DNA from: Patescibacteria group bacterium
GTDB taxonomy: Bacteria > Patescibacteriota > Patescibacteriia > UBA10025 > JAHIVO01
Length of the DNA stretch: 64,000 nucleotides
Direction of reading: 5' to 3'
Assembly: GCA_043808365.1 (NCBI GenBank)
Contig: JAZDEZ010000007.1
Span: 9,637-73,636, forward strand
Shown: piece after piece, positions 55,601-64,000 of the stretch
How positions within the stretch are numbered: position 1 is the stretch's first letter
Layout of the letters: every line of letters begins with the position of its first letter
Position numbers and translations under genes: made by a program
The notes under the pieces: generated by a model
Told to the model about the DNA's origin: nothing
Seen by the model: only the letters and a program-made list of their open reading frames with translations
The model's database searches: none

Positions 55601-57049
55601 TTAAATGCTTTTCATGAATTTTTCATACTGGGTATTGGCAACGGCAGCTATGTTCGGCCGCAGCGGCAAGGCAAAGAAAAAAGTAGAGCCCCGGCCCTCA
55701 ATACTGTCAAACCACACGGTGCCATGATGATTTTCAATGATATTACGGACGATAAAAAGCCCAAGTCCGGAACCGTCAGTCTGCATCCTGATCACATTAT
55801 CCGCACGGAAAAATTTGGAAAAAATCCTGCTTTGTTCACGGGCCGGGATGCCCACGCCAGTATCGGTTACACTAAAAACAACTTGATTGCCGTCAGACTG
55901 AATCCCGACGGTTACGTTGCCGCCTTGCGGGGTATACTTCACCGCATTATCAATGAGGTTCTGCAAGACAAGCCGGATTTTTTGGGAATCAATATATACC
56001 CGCGGTAAAAGTTGTGTGGATTTTTTATATTCAAAATTGATCTCTTTTTTCTTGATCGTATTATGCATTTCCTGGATGACATTCTCGACTAATCCGATGA
56101 GCGAGGTATGGACGAACCGATACTGGAACCGGCCTTCTTCAATGCGTGAAACATTCAATAAATCATTGATCAGCTGGATCATCCGTTCATTCGTCTGGTA
56201 CCCTTTATTCAGCAGGTCCGACTGCTGGGGATTTAATGGGCCCATATCGCCATCCAAGATCATGCGCAACACCCATTTGGTCGCCGATAATGGCGTCCGC
56301 ATCTGGTGCGAGGCCACCGAAATAAACTCCGTCTTCATTTGGTCCACTTCCTTCAAGCGGCGATTGACCTGGGAATAAATCTTATTCAGCCGGGCTAATT
56401 CCTGGTTGGCTTTCAACAGTTCCATCTCCACTGTTTGCAGGCTTCGCACGACATAACCGCTCCGGTAGCTGGAAATACCCATCAAACAAATCATAGTCAT
56501 GGACACCATGAATATGTATATTTTATTCAAATATAACGGCTGGGCGATAACAATAGTTGAAGCATGCGGCAATATGCCATGGAACTCCAGGATGACCATG
56601 CCGATAAGCATGCCGCCGCCAAACACAAGATTCAAAGGGGCGGCCACGCCGCTAAAATGCACGTTAGTGCCTACCAATTGCAACAGGTACAAAGCAAGGA
56701 AAATACTCTCAATACCGCCAGTCGCGTGGACAATCACCGAAATGACCACCATATCCAAAAACACGCCCAAATACGGCCAGAACTTTGGGTAATAAACAGT
56801 TCGGTAGACGAGGCTTGAGGTCAGGTTGAATATGAATCCGATGGTGGCGGCGATCAAGACGCCGATCAGGTCAAACTGGAACCCCACTTCATAGCCCACA
56901 ACGGCAATCACGGACACGGAAATGACCATGATATACCGGACTGCCACAGACCAGCGCAGACGCTTAAGCTTCTCCTCCTCACCGAGGCGGAGAATATTTT
57001 CGGTCTGCGTAATGGCCAGCTCGTCTTTTATTTTAGACTGCTCCTCCAT
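55601..57049 (-). CDS. membrane sensor histidine kinase
   Basis: 482 aa with about 6 N-terminal TMs. H-box is FISVASHQMRTPL, N-box is LIDNAVKYT, G1 is VTDTGVGI and G2 is GSGLGLFIV. Confidence 0.85.
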   Translation of the reverse strand: MEEQSKIKDELAITQTENILRLGEEEKLKRLRWSVAVRYIMVISVSVIAVVGYEVGFQFDLIGVLIAATIGFIFNLTSSLVYRTVYYPKFWPYLGVFLDMVVISVIVHATGGIESIFLALYLLQLVGTNVHFSGVAAPLNLVFGGGMLIGMVILEFHGILPHASTIVIAQPLYLNKIYIFMVSMTMICLMGISSYRSGYVVRSLQTVEMELLKANQELARLNKIYSQVNRRLKEVDQMKTEFISVASHQMRTPLSATKWVLRMILDGDMGPLNPQQSDLLNKGYQTNERMIQLINDLLNVSRIEEGRFQYRFVHTSLIGLVENVIQEMHNTIKKKEINFEYKKSTQLLPRVYIDSQKIRLVLQNLIDNAVKYTPQGGNVTVGIQSDGNQVVFSVTDTGVGIPAREQSRIFSKFFRADNVIRMQTDGSGLGLFIVRNIIENHHGTVWFDSIEGRGSTFFFALPLRPNIAAVANTQYEKFMKSI

Positions 57050-57077
57050 TTGTGATTTATTTTTATATTATATGTAT

Positions 57078-57106
57078 ATTTTATCATATTTTCCAATAAA
57101 AGTCAA
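57078..57106 (-). promoter_or_regulatory. sigma70-type promoter of the HK / 7TM / REC-REC operon
   Basis: The minus strand reads TTGACT (57101-57106), a 17-nt spacer, then TAAAAT (57078-57083). The -35 box overlaps the left arm of module copy B. Confidence 0.55.
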
Positions 57107-57221
57107 GCCCATTAAGAAAATGTACAATTATTGTTAATACAATAAAGGAAGTTTATATCAATTACTGTCCTTCTATAAAGAAATGATTTTTCATGCATTT
57201 TCTAACGGGGTTGTCCCGAAT
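57101..57221. repeat. inverted-repeat-flanked ~120-bp promoter-upstream module, copy B (partner at 7273-7393)
   Basis: The arms are agtcaagcccattaagaaaatgta (left) and tgcattttctaacggggttgtcccgaat (right). The 69-bp core at 57125-57193 is the reverse complement of the copy A core (62/70 identical). Confidence 0.7.
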
Positions 57222-57269
57222 GCAATGAATGACTCCTTTGTCATTACAAATTAAAAATCCTTTCCCAAT

Positions 57270-57301
57270 AAAAAACTGGTCTGAGTTTGAACTCAAACCA
57301 G
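57270..57301 (-). terminator. rho-independent terminator after small membrane-protein gene 1
   Basis: The minus strand reads ctggtttgagt-tcaa-actcagaccag, an 11-bp stem including one G-U pair. It is followed by TTTTTTA. Confidence 0.7.
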
Positions 57302-57323
57302 TCTGTATTCGCCGAGTAGCTGG

Positions 57324-57713
57324 TCATGCGATTGCACTCTTTGCCCCAAAAAAGGTGCTGAGATACGTCGTCAGAGGAATCACCAGAATGACACAGAAAA
57401 TGCCAGGAAGAAAGACGGAAAAGCCCGGTGCCGCCCATGCGAAGCCAACGAGGCATATGATGATTGCCTCACTGACAAAGATGACCCACCGATACTGTTT
57501 CATTTCCTTCAAGATACCTTTCCATGAAACCACCCAGTACTGTCCATCAATCACGACACAGCACTGAACTACAAAGTAGTTCATAAGCGAGAGGATGATC
57601 ACGAACCCAGGGACGAGCAAACGCATAGATGCATTGTGGATCAGGATAAAGCATGACGCCGCACAGGCAACGGATACGAAAAGTGTCCACCAGAAAAAAC
57701 GGTTTATCATCAA
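57324..57713 (-). CDS. small 4-TM membrane protein, tandem paralog 1
   Basis: 129 aa. It shares CAA.CF.LI.N, VIIL.M.NYF and V.VIPLTTY with the 57875..58264 product. Confidence 0.6.
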   Translation of the reverse strand: MMINRFFWWTLFVSVACAASCFILIHNASMRLLVPGFVIILSLMNYFVVQCCVVIDGQYWVVSWKGILKEMKQYRWVIFVSEAIIICLVGFAWAAPGFSVFLPGIFCVILVIPLTTYLSTFFGAKSAIA

Positions 57714-57818
57714 ACTTCCTCCTTGGATAAATAATGTACTATTTTATTAATTACTACTCTACGCCTCTTAAAAAATAAGTCAATCTCGTTAGAAATTATA
57801 TTAAAAATCCTTTCCCAA

Positions 57819-57851
57819 TAAAAAACTGGCCCGAAATATCATCTCGGACCA
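57819..57851 (-). terminator. probable rho-independent terminator after small membrane-protein gene 2
   Basis: The stem pairs tggcccga with tcggacca (7 of 8 pairs). It is followed by a T-run on the minus strand, in the same sequence context as the 57270-57301 terminator. Confidence 0.5.
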
Positions 57852-57874
57852 ATTATTCTGGCATAAAAACCAGG

Positions 57875-58264
57875 CTATCTGCTCACACTTCTAACTCCTA
57901 AATAACCGCTTGAGTAGGTAGTGAGGGGGATTACCACCATAACACTAACCACTCCGACTAGATGGACACTGGCATAGGGCAGTACCGCGACGACTACGAC
58001 GGCCAATAGTATGGCTATTTCTTGATAAATAATCCACCCGCGGTAACCGCTGGCGCGACGATAGAACTCAACAAATGACGACGCCCCCGGCCAACAACTA
58101 TTTTCAGCGTTGATTTGCATAGTGAAATAATTCGCCATGGTAAGAATAATGACCAGGATCGACACCATCCAATGCAGGAATACATTTTGGATCAGTAGAA
58201 AGCATCCGGCGGCGCACACAATGGCAATTAACAACACAAACACAAAATAACGGGTTATACTCAC
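57875..58264 (-). CDS. small 4-TM membrane protein, tandem paralog 2
   Basis: 129 aa with a GTG start preceded by AAGGAGGA. It is a paralog of 57324..57713. Confidence 0.6.
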   Translation of the reverse strand: MSITRYFVFVLLIAIVCAAGCFLLIQNVFLHWMVSILVIILTMANYFTMQINAENSCWPGASSFVEFYRRASGYRGWIIYQEIAILLAVVVVAVLPYASVHLVGVVSVMVVIPLTTYSSGYLGVRSVSR

Positions 58265-58339
58265 AACATCCTCCTTGATTTTGCAAATAACTATTTGTCT
58301 TTTTATTTACTACACTCTACGCCCAATGAATACCTGGTG

Positions 58340-59860
58340 TCAACTCGTCTGCGCCCGAAACTGCAGCGCCTCGGCCACATGCTCAGCTTGGATCTGCCCA
58401 GAATCAGCCAAATCGGCTATCGTCCGGGAAACTTTTAATATCCGATGGTAGGCCCGGGCAGAAAGATAAAAATGGTTCACTGCCTGCTTCAAGAGCGCGT
58501 GAGCTTCCGGCGCAGTCTGACAATACTGGTCAATTTGCTTCACTGACATTTCAGCATTGACCACAAGCGCTGTACCCTGGAAACGGTCAGTCTGGCGCAG
58601 CCGTGCCTGCAAGACCCGCTCACGCACGGCTGCCGAAGATTCGCCCTGCTTTGATTCGGCGATTTTCTCAAATTCCTGGCGCGGGACGGTACTATGGATG
58701 TCGATTCGGTCAAGCAATGGCCCTGAAATTTTCTTCTGGTATTTAATAACGCTTATAGCGCTGCACGTGCAGGCTTGATGCGGGTCATTGAGATACCCGC
58801 AGGGACAGGGGTTGCGCGCCGCGATCAGGGTAAAACGCGCGGGGAATTGGACAGAGCTGTTTGCCCGAGAAACGGTAATTACGCCATCTTCCAGCGGTTG
58901 GCGGAGGCTTTCCAATGTCTGACGGGAAAACTCGGAGAACTCATCCAGAAAAAGTATGCCCCGGTGCGCCAAGGATATCTCTCCCGGTTTTGGCCAGCTG
59001 CCGCCGCCAACCAGGGCCACCGAGGACGTGGTGTGATGCGGCGCGCGGAACGGCCGGTGATGGATGACGGGCGTATCCTTTGGCAGCTGACCCGCGACAG
59101 AATATATCTTGGTCACTTCCAATGATTCATCCAAATTCATGGTCGGCAATATGGTCGATGCCGTTCTTGCCAATAGTGTCTTGCCTGACCCGGGCGGACC
59201 AGTCATCAGGAAATTATGGCCGCCGGCCGCGGCAATTTCCAAGGCCCGTTTGGCCTGCTCCTGTCCGCGGATAAATGAAAAATCCATCGCTTCCGGCTCC
59301 ATGACAGTACGGGTCGGCCTCTTTTTTTTAAATAACGGAGCTGGTTGGCGGTGATTCAGGTGGTTGATAATATCTTCAAGATGACGAACGGCAAATATGC
59401 GCAAGCCATTGACCAGGGCCGCCTCGCCGGCATTAGCGGCCGGGACAAATAACTCTTTAATTCGCTTTTGTTTGGCCAGGCAGGCAATCGACAAAACACC
59501 GGCCACCGGCCTGACCCCGCCTTCCAAAGACAACTCGCCGATAAACAAGCTCTGCTCAATCGGCCAATCTGAACCGACTTCGCCTCGCGCCAGCAATATG
59601 GCCACGGCCATCGGCAGGTCATAACCTGACCCTTCTTTCCGCAAAGTCGCTGGCGCTAAATTAATCGTCACAACCCCCGTAGGCCATTCTGCGCCGCTAT
59701 TTCTAATGCCGGATTTTACCCGTTCACGCGCTTCCTGGACGGCCATGTCAGGCAAACCGACAATGATAGTCTTCGGCAAGCCAAGGCCTAAATCAGCCTC
59801 CACTTCTACAATTTGAGCATCCAGCCCGACTACCGCCGCAGACAACACTTTCACTGACAT
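58340..59860 (-). CDS. yifB: YifB/ComM-family Mg-chelatase-like AAA+ ATPase
   Basis: The likely start is MSVKVLSAAVVG at 59860; the track ORF starts at 59959. Walker A is LMTGPPGSGKTLL and Walker B is GILFLDEFSEF. The N-terminal Lon-like domain reads GLPDMAVQEARERV. Confidence 0.85.
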   Translation of the reverse strand: MSVKVLSAAVVGLDAQIVEVEADLGLGLPKTIIVGLPDMAVQEARERVKSGIRNSGAEWPTGVVTINLAPATLRKEGSGYDLPMAVAILLARGEVGSDWPIEQSLFIGELSLEGGVRPVAGVLSIACLAKQKRIKELFVPAANAGEAALVNGLRIFAVRHLEDIINHLNHRQPAPLFKKKRPTRTVMEPEAMDFSFIRGQEQAKRALEIAAAGGHNFLMTGPPGSGKTLLARTASTILPTMNLDESLEVTKIYSVAGQLPKDTPVIHHRPFRAPHHTTSSVALVGGGSWPKPGEISLAHRGILFLDEFSEFSRQTLESLRQPLEDGVITVSRANSSVQFPARFTLIAARNPCPCGYLNDPHQACTCSAISVIKYQKKISGPLLDRIDIHSTVPRQEFEKIAESKQGESSAAVRERVLQARLRQTDRFQGTALVVNAEMSVKQIDQYCQTAPEAHALLKQAVNHFYLSARAYHRILKVSRTIADLADSGQIQAEHVAEALQFRAQTS

Positions 59861-59989
59861 AATATTGATAAATAAGAATAAAACCTTCTCACAAACGTGG
59901 GAAGGTTTTATCTTTTTCTTCTTCAAAAATATAGTATCAAAATGACTACTTAAAGTCAAGTCTTTTATCGAAAAGCGCTAAAAGGACGA

Positions 59990-60022
59990 AATAAAATCAG
60001 GCTTAACGAACGCTAAGCCTGA
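59990..60022 (-). terminator. rho-independent terminator
   Basis: A 9-bp stem, tcaggctta (59997-60005) with taagcctga (60014-60022), is followed by TTTTATTT on the minus strand. It lies ~20 nt after the TGA at 60042-60044. Confidence 0.6.
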
Positions 60023-60041
60023 CAAATTGTCAGAGTGACTA

Positions 60042-60797
60042 TCACTCCTTAAAAAAAATCTTGCGCTCCCATCTATCAGCTTCCGCCTGGTAGTCCGGGC
60101 TCCGTGCGGATTGATGAGCCAATTCCCATGCCGCGCAAATGTAATGTTCGGCTAATATCTGGGCATTCGGATCATCAATCGCCAAATACGGATTATGGTA
60201 ATATTTCGCCCACGTCAGCCATAAGAAAAAACAACCCACCGTGTCATCCGACAGCACCTGCGCATTGAGATATTGCAAATCTTCACGCGCCACGGCAAGA
60301 AGTTCAGGCAAATATTCCGCGCTTTCTACGGCCGCTGTTGACCGCAAAAATCTCAAGATGAGATTGTTCGGATCATCCTTAACAGCCTGACTGATCCGCC
60401 CAAACGCCTTGCGCGCCGTCATATAAGGCGACTCTCCGCCAAAAATACTTCCCACAATCTTCAGGCCATTGACTATCTTGCCCTTGTCCCGCACTTTGAT
60501 CATCTGGACAGATCCGAGATACGCCTCCACCAGAGTGGAAGTATCGTGTTTTGCCCATTTCTCCAGGAGCTTTTCGGCCTTTTCGCGCATTTTTTTATCG
60601 CGGTTTTTGAAGGTGATATTATGAGCCAACACCACCATCGTCATCGTGTCCGGAGATTTGCCATGCTCCAACGAATCCAATACTGCCTGGGCCTGCTCTC
60701 CGAAACAAAAATACGGGGCCTGATCCACTGCAATAGCCGGATACGCCAATCCAACGCTAATCAAAGCACAAGAAACCAGCATTAACGCTAATCTCAT
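60042..60797 (-). CDS. secreted hypothetical protein
   Basis: The likely start is MRLALMLVSCALISVGLAYPAIA (signal peptide) at 60797; the track ORF starts at 60836. The protein looks helical and I recognised no motif. Confidence 0.55.
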   Translation of the reverse strand: MRLALMLVSCALISVGLAYPAIAVDQAPYFCFGEQAQAVLDSLEHGKSPDTMTMVVLAHNITFKNRDKKMREKAEKLLEKWAKHDTSTLVEAYLGSVQMIKVRDKGKIVNGLKIVGSIFGGESPYMTARKAFGRISQAVKDDPNNLILRFLRSTAAVESAEYLPELLAVAREDLQYLNAQVLSDDTVGCFFLWLTWAKYYHNPYLAIDDPNAQILAEHYICAAWELAHQSARSPDYQAEADRWERKIFFKE

Positions 60798-60886
60798 TAT
60801 TTCCTCCATTTGTATTGTAAAGATCAATTGAGCCATCTTACCAGCCCAATAGGATTACGTCAATACTTTCCTTGACTGACAGATAG

Positions 60887-61345
60887 TCATGAAATAATTG
60901 GCCGCCGGATTACTCGTACTGCCAGCCACACTGCCCCGGCCAAAATTAAGACATCGGCAATATTGAAAATTGGCCAGCCGGTAAGCGTCATGTAATCCAC
61001 CACATACCCGTACTTCAACCGGTCGAGCGCATTTGAAAAGGCGCCGATGATTATATAGGCTGATGGGAAAACAATCCACCATTCATGCTTGCGGTAGGCA
61101 ATCAACGCAATAAACACCAGGGCAACAATAACCACGGCCAATACGAAAACCAACAATGCCTGAGGGAGAAGTATGCTGTATGATATGCCATAATTCTTAG
61201 TAAAAATAAAACCCAATTTTTCTTTAATGACAAACAGTCCGGAATCCGCCAGCACATTCAGGGCCCACCATTTCAGGGCTCGATCAAGACAAAATAACAC
61301 AAATACCCCCGCCACCCCCAGAGAAGCGCGCCGGGTTAAATTCAT
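60887..61345 (-). CDS. lspA: lipoprotein signal peptidase II
   Basis: 152 aa with 4 TMs. Motifs: FTKNYGISYSIL and NALDRLKYGYVVDYMTLTGWPIFNIADVLI. Confidence 0.8.
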   Translation of the reverse strand: MNLTRRASLGVAGVFVLFCLDRALKWWALNVLADSGLFVIKEKLGFIFTKNYGISYSILLPQALLVFVLAVVIVALVFIALIAYRKHEWWIVFPSAYIIIGAFSNALDRLKYGYVVDYMTLTGWPIFNIADVLILAGAVWLAVRVIRRPIIS

Positions 61346-61356
61346 ACAGTGAAAGG

Positions 61357-61719
61357 TTACGCCTTATGGCCTGAACAGTTCATGCATAGGTTAGCCTCTG
61401 GAATTGCCAACAGTCTCTCCTCTTCGATCCCATTCCCGCATGTATCGCATATACCGAATTTACCGGTATCAATTTTTTCCAAGGCTGTGCCAATTTTTTC
61501 CAGGCTAGTCTCAAGATTGCGCTCCAGGGCGATGGAATCCTGAAAATCCGCTACCTCGATTGCATTATCCTCATCCTTTTCCCCAATATTCTCCCATTTG
61601 GCCTGGACGCGTTCTTTATTGAAGCTTTTTTCATGGGTGATGCCCTCAAGCTGGGAAGAAATTTTATTCTTTTGATCTAGAAGCTTTGCCTTCAGGGTGT
61701 CGATATATTGCTGGTCCAT
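61357..61719 (-). CDS. DksA/TraR-family C4 zinc-finger protein
   Basis: The likely start is MDQQYIDTLKAKLL at 61719. A coiled-coil N-terminus is followed by CDTCGNGIEEERLLAIPEANLCMNC. Confidence 0.7.
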   Translation of the reverse strand: MDQQYIDTLKAKLLDQKNKISSQLEGITHEKSFNKERVQAKWENIGEKDEDNAIEVADFQDSIALERNLETSLEKIGTALEKIDTGKFGICDTCGNGIEEERLLAIPEANLCMNCSGHKA

Positions 61720-61867
61720 AATGATTGTTTCTTGGTTTAATGTTAAATCCCTGGCCGTCAACTCGAATAGTATAGCAGGATTATACCAATCAAACCATAA
61801 ATTAACAAACCCCACGCCATTCACTAGATGAATGGCGTGGGAAGCGTTATCTGTAAACTGTCGACTC

Positions 61868-64000
61868 TTAGAAAGTGGGAATAGACGTGATATTTAGACC
61901 GCCGCGGAACCCGGTCGCGTGGGTGAAAAATGTCTTCAATGCAGTCCCGGCATAATTGAATACCCTGACCTGCGGGCCCATGCCAGCACCTGGCGCCGTG
62001 ACGATCTCATTAGTCCCGTCAGAATTGACGTCAGCCACGACTGTCGTGAAACTGCCGCGCAATCTCGATGAATACGCGAAAAAGCTCTTCAGGGCGGTGC
62101 CTGTGTAGGTGAATATCCTCACCTGCGGCCCGGCCTGGCTTTCCGGGGTGGCGATAATCTCGTTTGTACCATCCCCATTAACATCCCCGACGGCCGCATA
62201 TAGCCCGCCGCGGAACGTGGTGGCATAAGCCATGAACTTCTTAATGAGCCCGCCGGCACCATTAAATATTGCCACTTGCGGCCCCAGGCCCGGCTCAGGC
62301 GTAATGACGATATCTATGCTCCCATTGCCATCCGCATCTCCGGTTGTCACATGATACCCGCCGCGGATCGTCGTCGCATAGGCGAAGAACTGAGTTACGA
62401 CAGTACCGTCATAGTTGAAGACCCTAACTTGTGGCGCTGATTTTGAAGCGGGCACGGTAATAATTTCCGGCACCCCATCACCGTCGACATCTCCCGTGGC
62501 CATATTCACGCCACCGCGAAACGCCGTCCCGTACGCCATAAACTGCTTCTCAACAGTCCCGTTGCTATTAAAAATCCTGATTTGAGGGCCGGCTCCCGCC
62601 ATCGTTGATGTAATGATTTCCGCTGTGCCGTCTCCATCCACATCCGAGACTAGAAGATTCACGCCAGTCCGTAGCGAAGTGGCATAGGCGAAAAACTGTT
62701 TCAACAGCTTGCCTTGCAAGCTGAATATTCGCACCTGTGACGCTCCGCCGACTGCAGGTACGACGATGATTTCATTCACGCCATCGCCTGTGACGTCACC
62801 GTACGCCACCTGAATACCAAACCGCAGCTTGGAATCAAAGGCGAAAAATGAAAGTTTAATTTTGCCGTTCCCGTCCCATACCGTTACCTGAGGACCGCCT
62901 TTTGATGACGGCGTGGCGACAATGTATTGAGGACCACCGGCGGAAGCGGTGACCCGAGAGCCCGTTGCTAGGGCAAAATTTGTGAAATGGGAAACGCTGA
63001 AACAAACCTTGTGGTTCTCGAAGTCCTGGGTGGTGCCTTCTGGCAACTGCCAGGTGCCATTCGTAGAATTGTAATACTTGGCCACAATCGTATTCTCGTC
63101 AATCCCAATATTATCCAGGTACCCCTTGTCGTATGGGATGCAGATGGTCGCGTTCGAGTTAAACGTCTGGATCAACTGATTATTACTGTCCAAAGCCTCA
63201 AAATTCCAGGCAAAGTTGATCGGCTTCGTATCCTTGGTGTGCATTAAATTTACATCAGGTGTAGCCATCAAGGTCACATTCCCGCTGGTAGCCAGTGCAT
63301 TGGCCGGAATAGTGACTGTCGTGCCATCTGGCAGAGTTAATACCTTTTGCGTAGTGGCGTCAAATGATTCAGTCACGCCTTTCGGAATATTAAACAATCC
63401 TTCCTGCATCTTCACGCTTAAGGCAAGGGTTTGCCCTTTTGTGACTGATACCTGGTTCTCATCTGACCGGTAAAATTTGTCTGTCTTTGGATTATATGAA
63501 TCACAACCGACATTCCAAGTCCCGGTCGTTAATGGGACATTAGATACTCCGCCATTTGCTTCTTTGCCCGAATTACCGCCTTGTTCAGACCAGGCATGGC
63601 AGAAACCCATGTCAGGCTTCGTGCCATCCGGCAATAATAGAGTTACCGCTGCCGTGGCGTCAGCCGCACGGAATTGTAACGTTACTCCAGTCGCTGGTGT
63701 CGTTGGCGTAACGTCAACAGACGCCTCTTTTGGCGGCATGAAATTTCCGGAGAATTCCGGTGGCATGCCGGCATGTACGTCATATTTACCGGCGAGTACG
63801 GCGATTGAAAACCTGCCGTCCGCTCCAGTTTGCGTCCCGGTGTCGACTATCCGGGCGCCAGCGACATCGCCCTTGATCTTACTCTCCATCGCCCGGTAGT
63901 TATTCGCATTCACCCAGGCCCGCTGCATCGGCGTTCCGTCAGGCTGCAAAACAATGCCTGAAATTACCGAATCTGCTTTTAAGAGCGTAATTATTTTCGT
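61868..64000 (-). CDS. FG-GAP/VCBS-repeat surface protein; N-terminus runs off the right window edge
   Basis: About seven repeats of type GDV(D/N/T)GDG..EII..P..G.GPQVR(I/V)F...G.....F.AY......G follow an Ig-like/carboxypeptidase-regulatory-like region. The frame stays open from the TTG at 63949 to position 64000 (hand-checked), so the N-terminus is probably partial. Confidence 0.75.
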   Translation of the reverse strand, partial: TKIITLLKADSVISGIVLQPDGTPMQRAWVNANNYRAMESKIKGDVAGARIVDTGTQTGADGRFSIAVLAGKYDVHAGMPPEFSGNFMPPKEASVDVTPTTPATGVTLQFRAADATAAVTLLLPDGTKPDMGFCHAWSEQGGNSGKEANGGVSNVPLTTGTWNVGCDSYNPKTDKFYRSDENQVSVTKGQTLALSVKMQEGLFNIPKGVTESFDATTQKVLTLPDGTTVTIPANALATSGNVTLMATPDVNLMHTKDTKPINFAWNFEALDSNNQLIQTFNSNATICIPYDKGYLDNIGIDENTIVAKYYNSTNGTWQLPEGTTQDFENHKVCFSVSHFTNFALATGSRVTASAGGPQYIVATPSSKGGPQVTVWDGNGKIKLSFFAFDSKLRFGIQVAYGDVTGDGVNEIIVVPAVGGASQVRIFSLQGKLLKQFFAYATSLRTGVNLLVSDVDGDGTAEIITSTMAGAGPQIRIFNSNGTVEKQFMAYGTAFRGGVNMATGDVDGDGVPEIITVPASKSAPQVRVFNYDGTVVTQFFAYATTIRGGYHVTTGDADGNGSIDIVITPEPGLGPQVAIFNGAGGLIKKFMAYATTFRGGLYAAVGDVNGDGTNEIIATPESQAGPQVRIFTYTGTALKSFFAYSSRLRGSFTTVVADVNSDGTNEIVTAPGAGMGPQVRVFNYAGTALKTFFTHATGFRGGLNITSIPTF

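Noticed and set aside
7273-57221. The ~120-bp repeats at 7.3 kb and 57.1 kb read as boundaries of a 50-kb mobile island, composite transposon or large invertible segment.
   Set aside because: The interval contains essential housekeeping genes (leuS, tsaC, rsmA) and has no integrase. The repeats are promoter-fused modules whose outer arms are in direct, not inverted, orientation, and only the 70-bp cores are flipped.
57251-57829. An identical 29-mer repeated at 550-bp spacing, considered as a possible CRISPR or other array.
   Set aside because: There are only two copies. Each lies next to the terminator of one of two tandem paralogous genes, so this is a gene-unit duplication. No short regularly spaced repeat array exists anywhere in the window.
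1-64000. Alternative genetic code (UGA recoding), as in some CPR lineages.
   Set aside because: TGA terminates well-supported genes at positions matching family C-termini, for example paralog 1 at 12604 and the 60042 gene. Long ORFs need no read-through, so the standard code 11 fits.

Overview
The window reads cleanly in the standard bacterial code: TGA, TAA and TAG all end long ORFs. I call 43 protein genes, 40 of them on the minus strand, packed in tight and often overlapping strings. By eye I found no rRNA, tRNA or CRISPR array, but I could not run tRNAscan or Infernal. The gene content suggests a small-genome Patescibacteria/CPR-like bacterium; this is inference, not proof. That content is a T4SS-type pilin-like + PrgI-like + VirB4 cluster, 3076-aa and 1727-aa envelope proteins, an insert-bearing aminoacyl-tRNA synthetase, and almost no biosynthetic genes.

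Layout:
- 1-7.2 kb: T4SS-like module.
- 7.6-26.9 kb: a phosphotransfer island. It holds a stand-alone PpsA/PPDK-type ATP-grasp gene, creatininase-family, M29-like, PTA_PTB-like and ParB/Srx-like genes, and eight tandem paralogs. Each paralog is a divergent ~400-aa domain plus a conserved C-terminal phosphohistidine swivel domain. Four decayed stubs of further copies and a DMT-transporter::riboflavin-kinase fusion sit among them.
- 28.0-28.6 kb: IS200/RAYT-like HUH transposase.
- 28.7-45.5 kb: giant-protein operon (TSP3-repeat protein, 3076-aa Cys-rich dockerin-bearing protein, 1727-aa polytopic protein, 443-aa protein).
- 45.6-64 kb: mostly housekeeping genes (rsmA, MFS transporter, tsaC, leuS, LysM-M23 peptidase, HK / 7TM / REC-REC operon, yifB/comM, lspA, DksA/TraR-type zinc finger, FG-GAP repeat protein).

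Most interesting observations:
1. A split dikinase-like system: one ATP-grasp 'head' gene and eight swivel-domain paralogs that lack any grasp domain. The array shows clear birth-and-death traces.
2. A ~1247-aa LeuRS with two paralogous alpha/beta serine-hydrolase domains inserted in frame. Both retain a catalytic triad.
3. A ~120-bp inverted-repeat-flanked module fused to the promoters of both the T4SS-like operon and the two-component operon. Its 70-bp core is in opposite orientation at the two loci.
4. Several intergenic repeat families: CCAAT-word palindromes and GC-rich REP-like hairpins. One REP-like copy is in frame inside leuS and another lies inside the transposase ORF.

All motif calls and alignments were made by hand. 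Homology statements are recognition-level and need HMM or structure searches.
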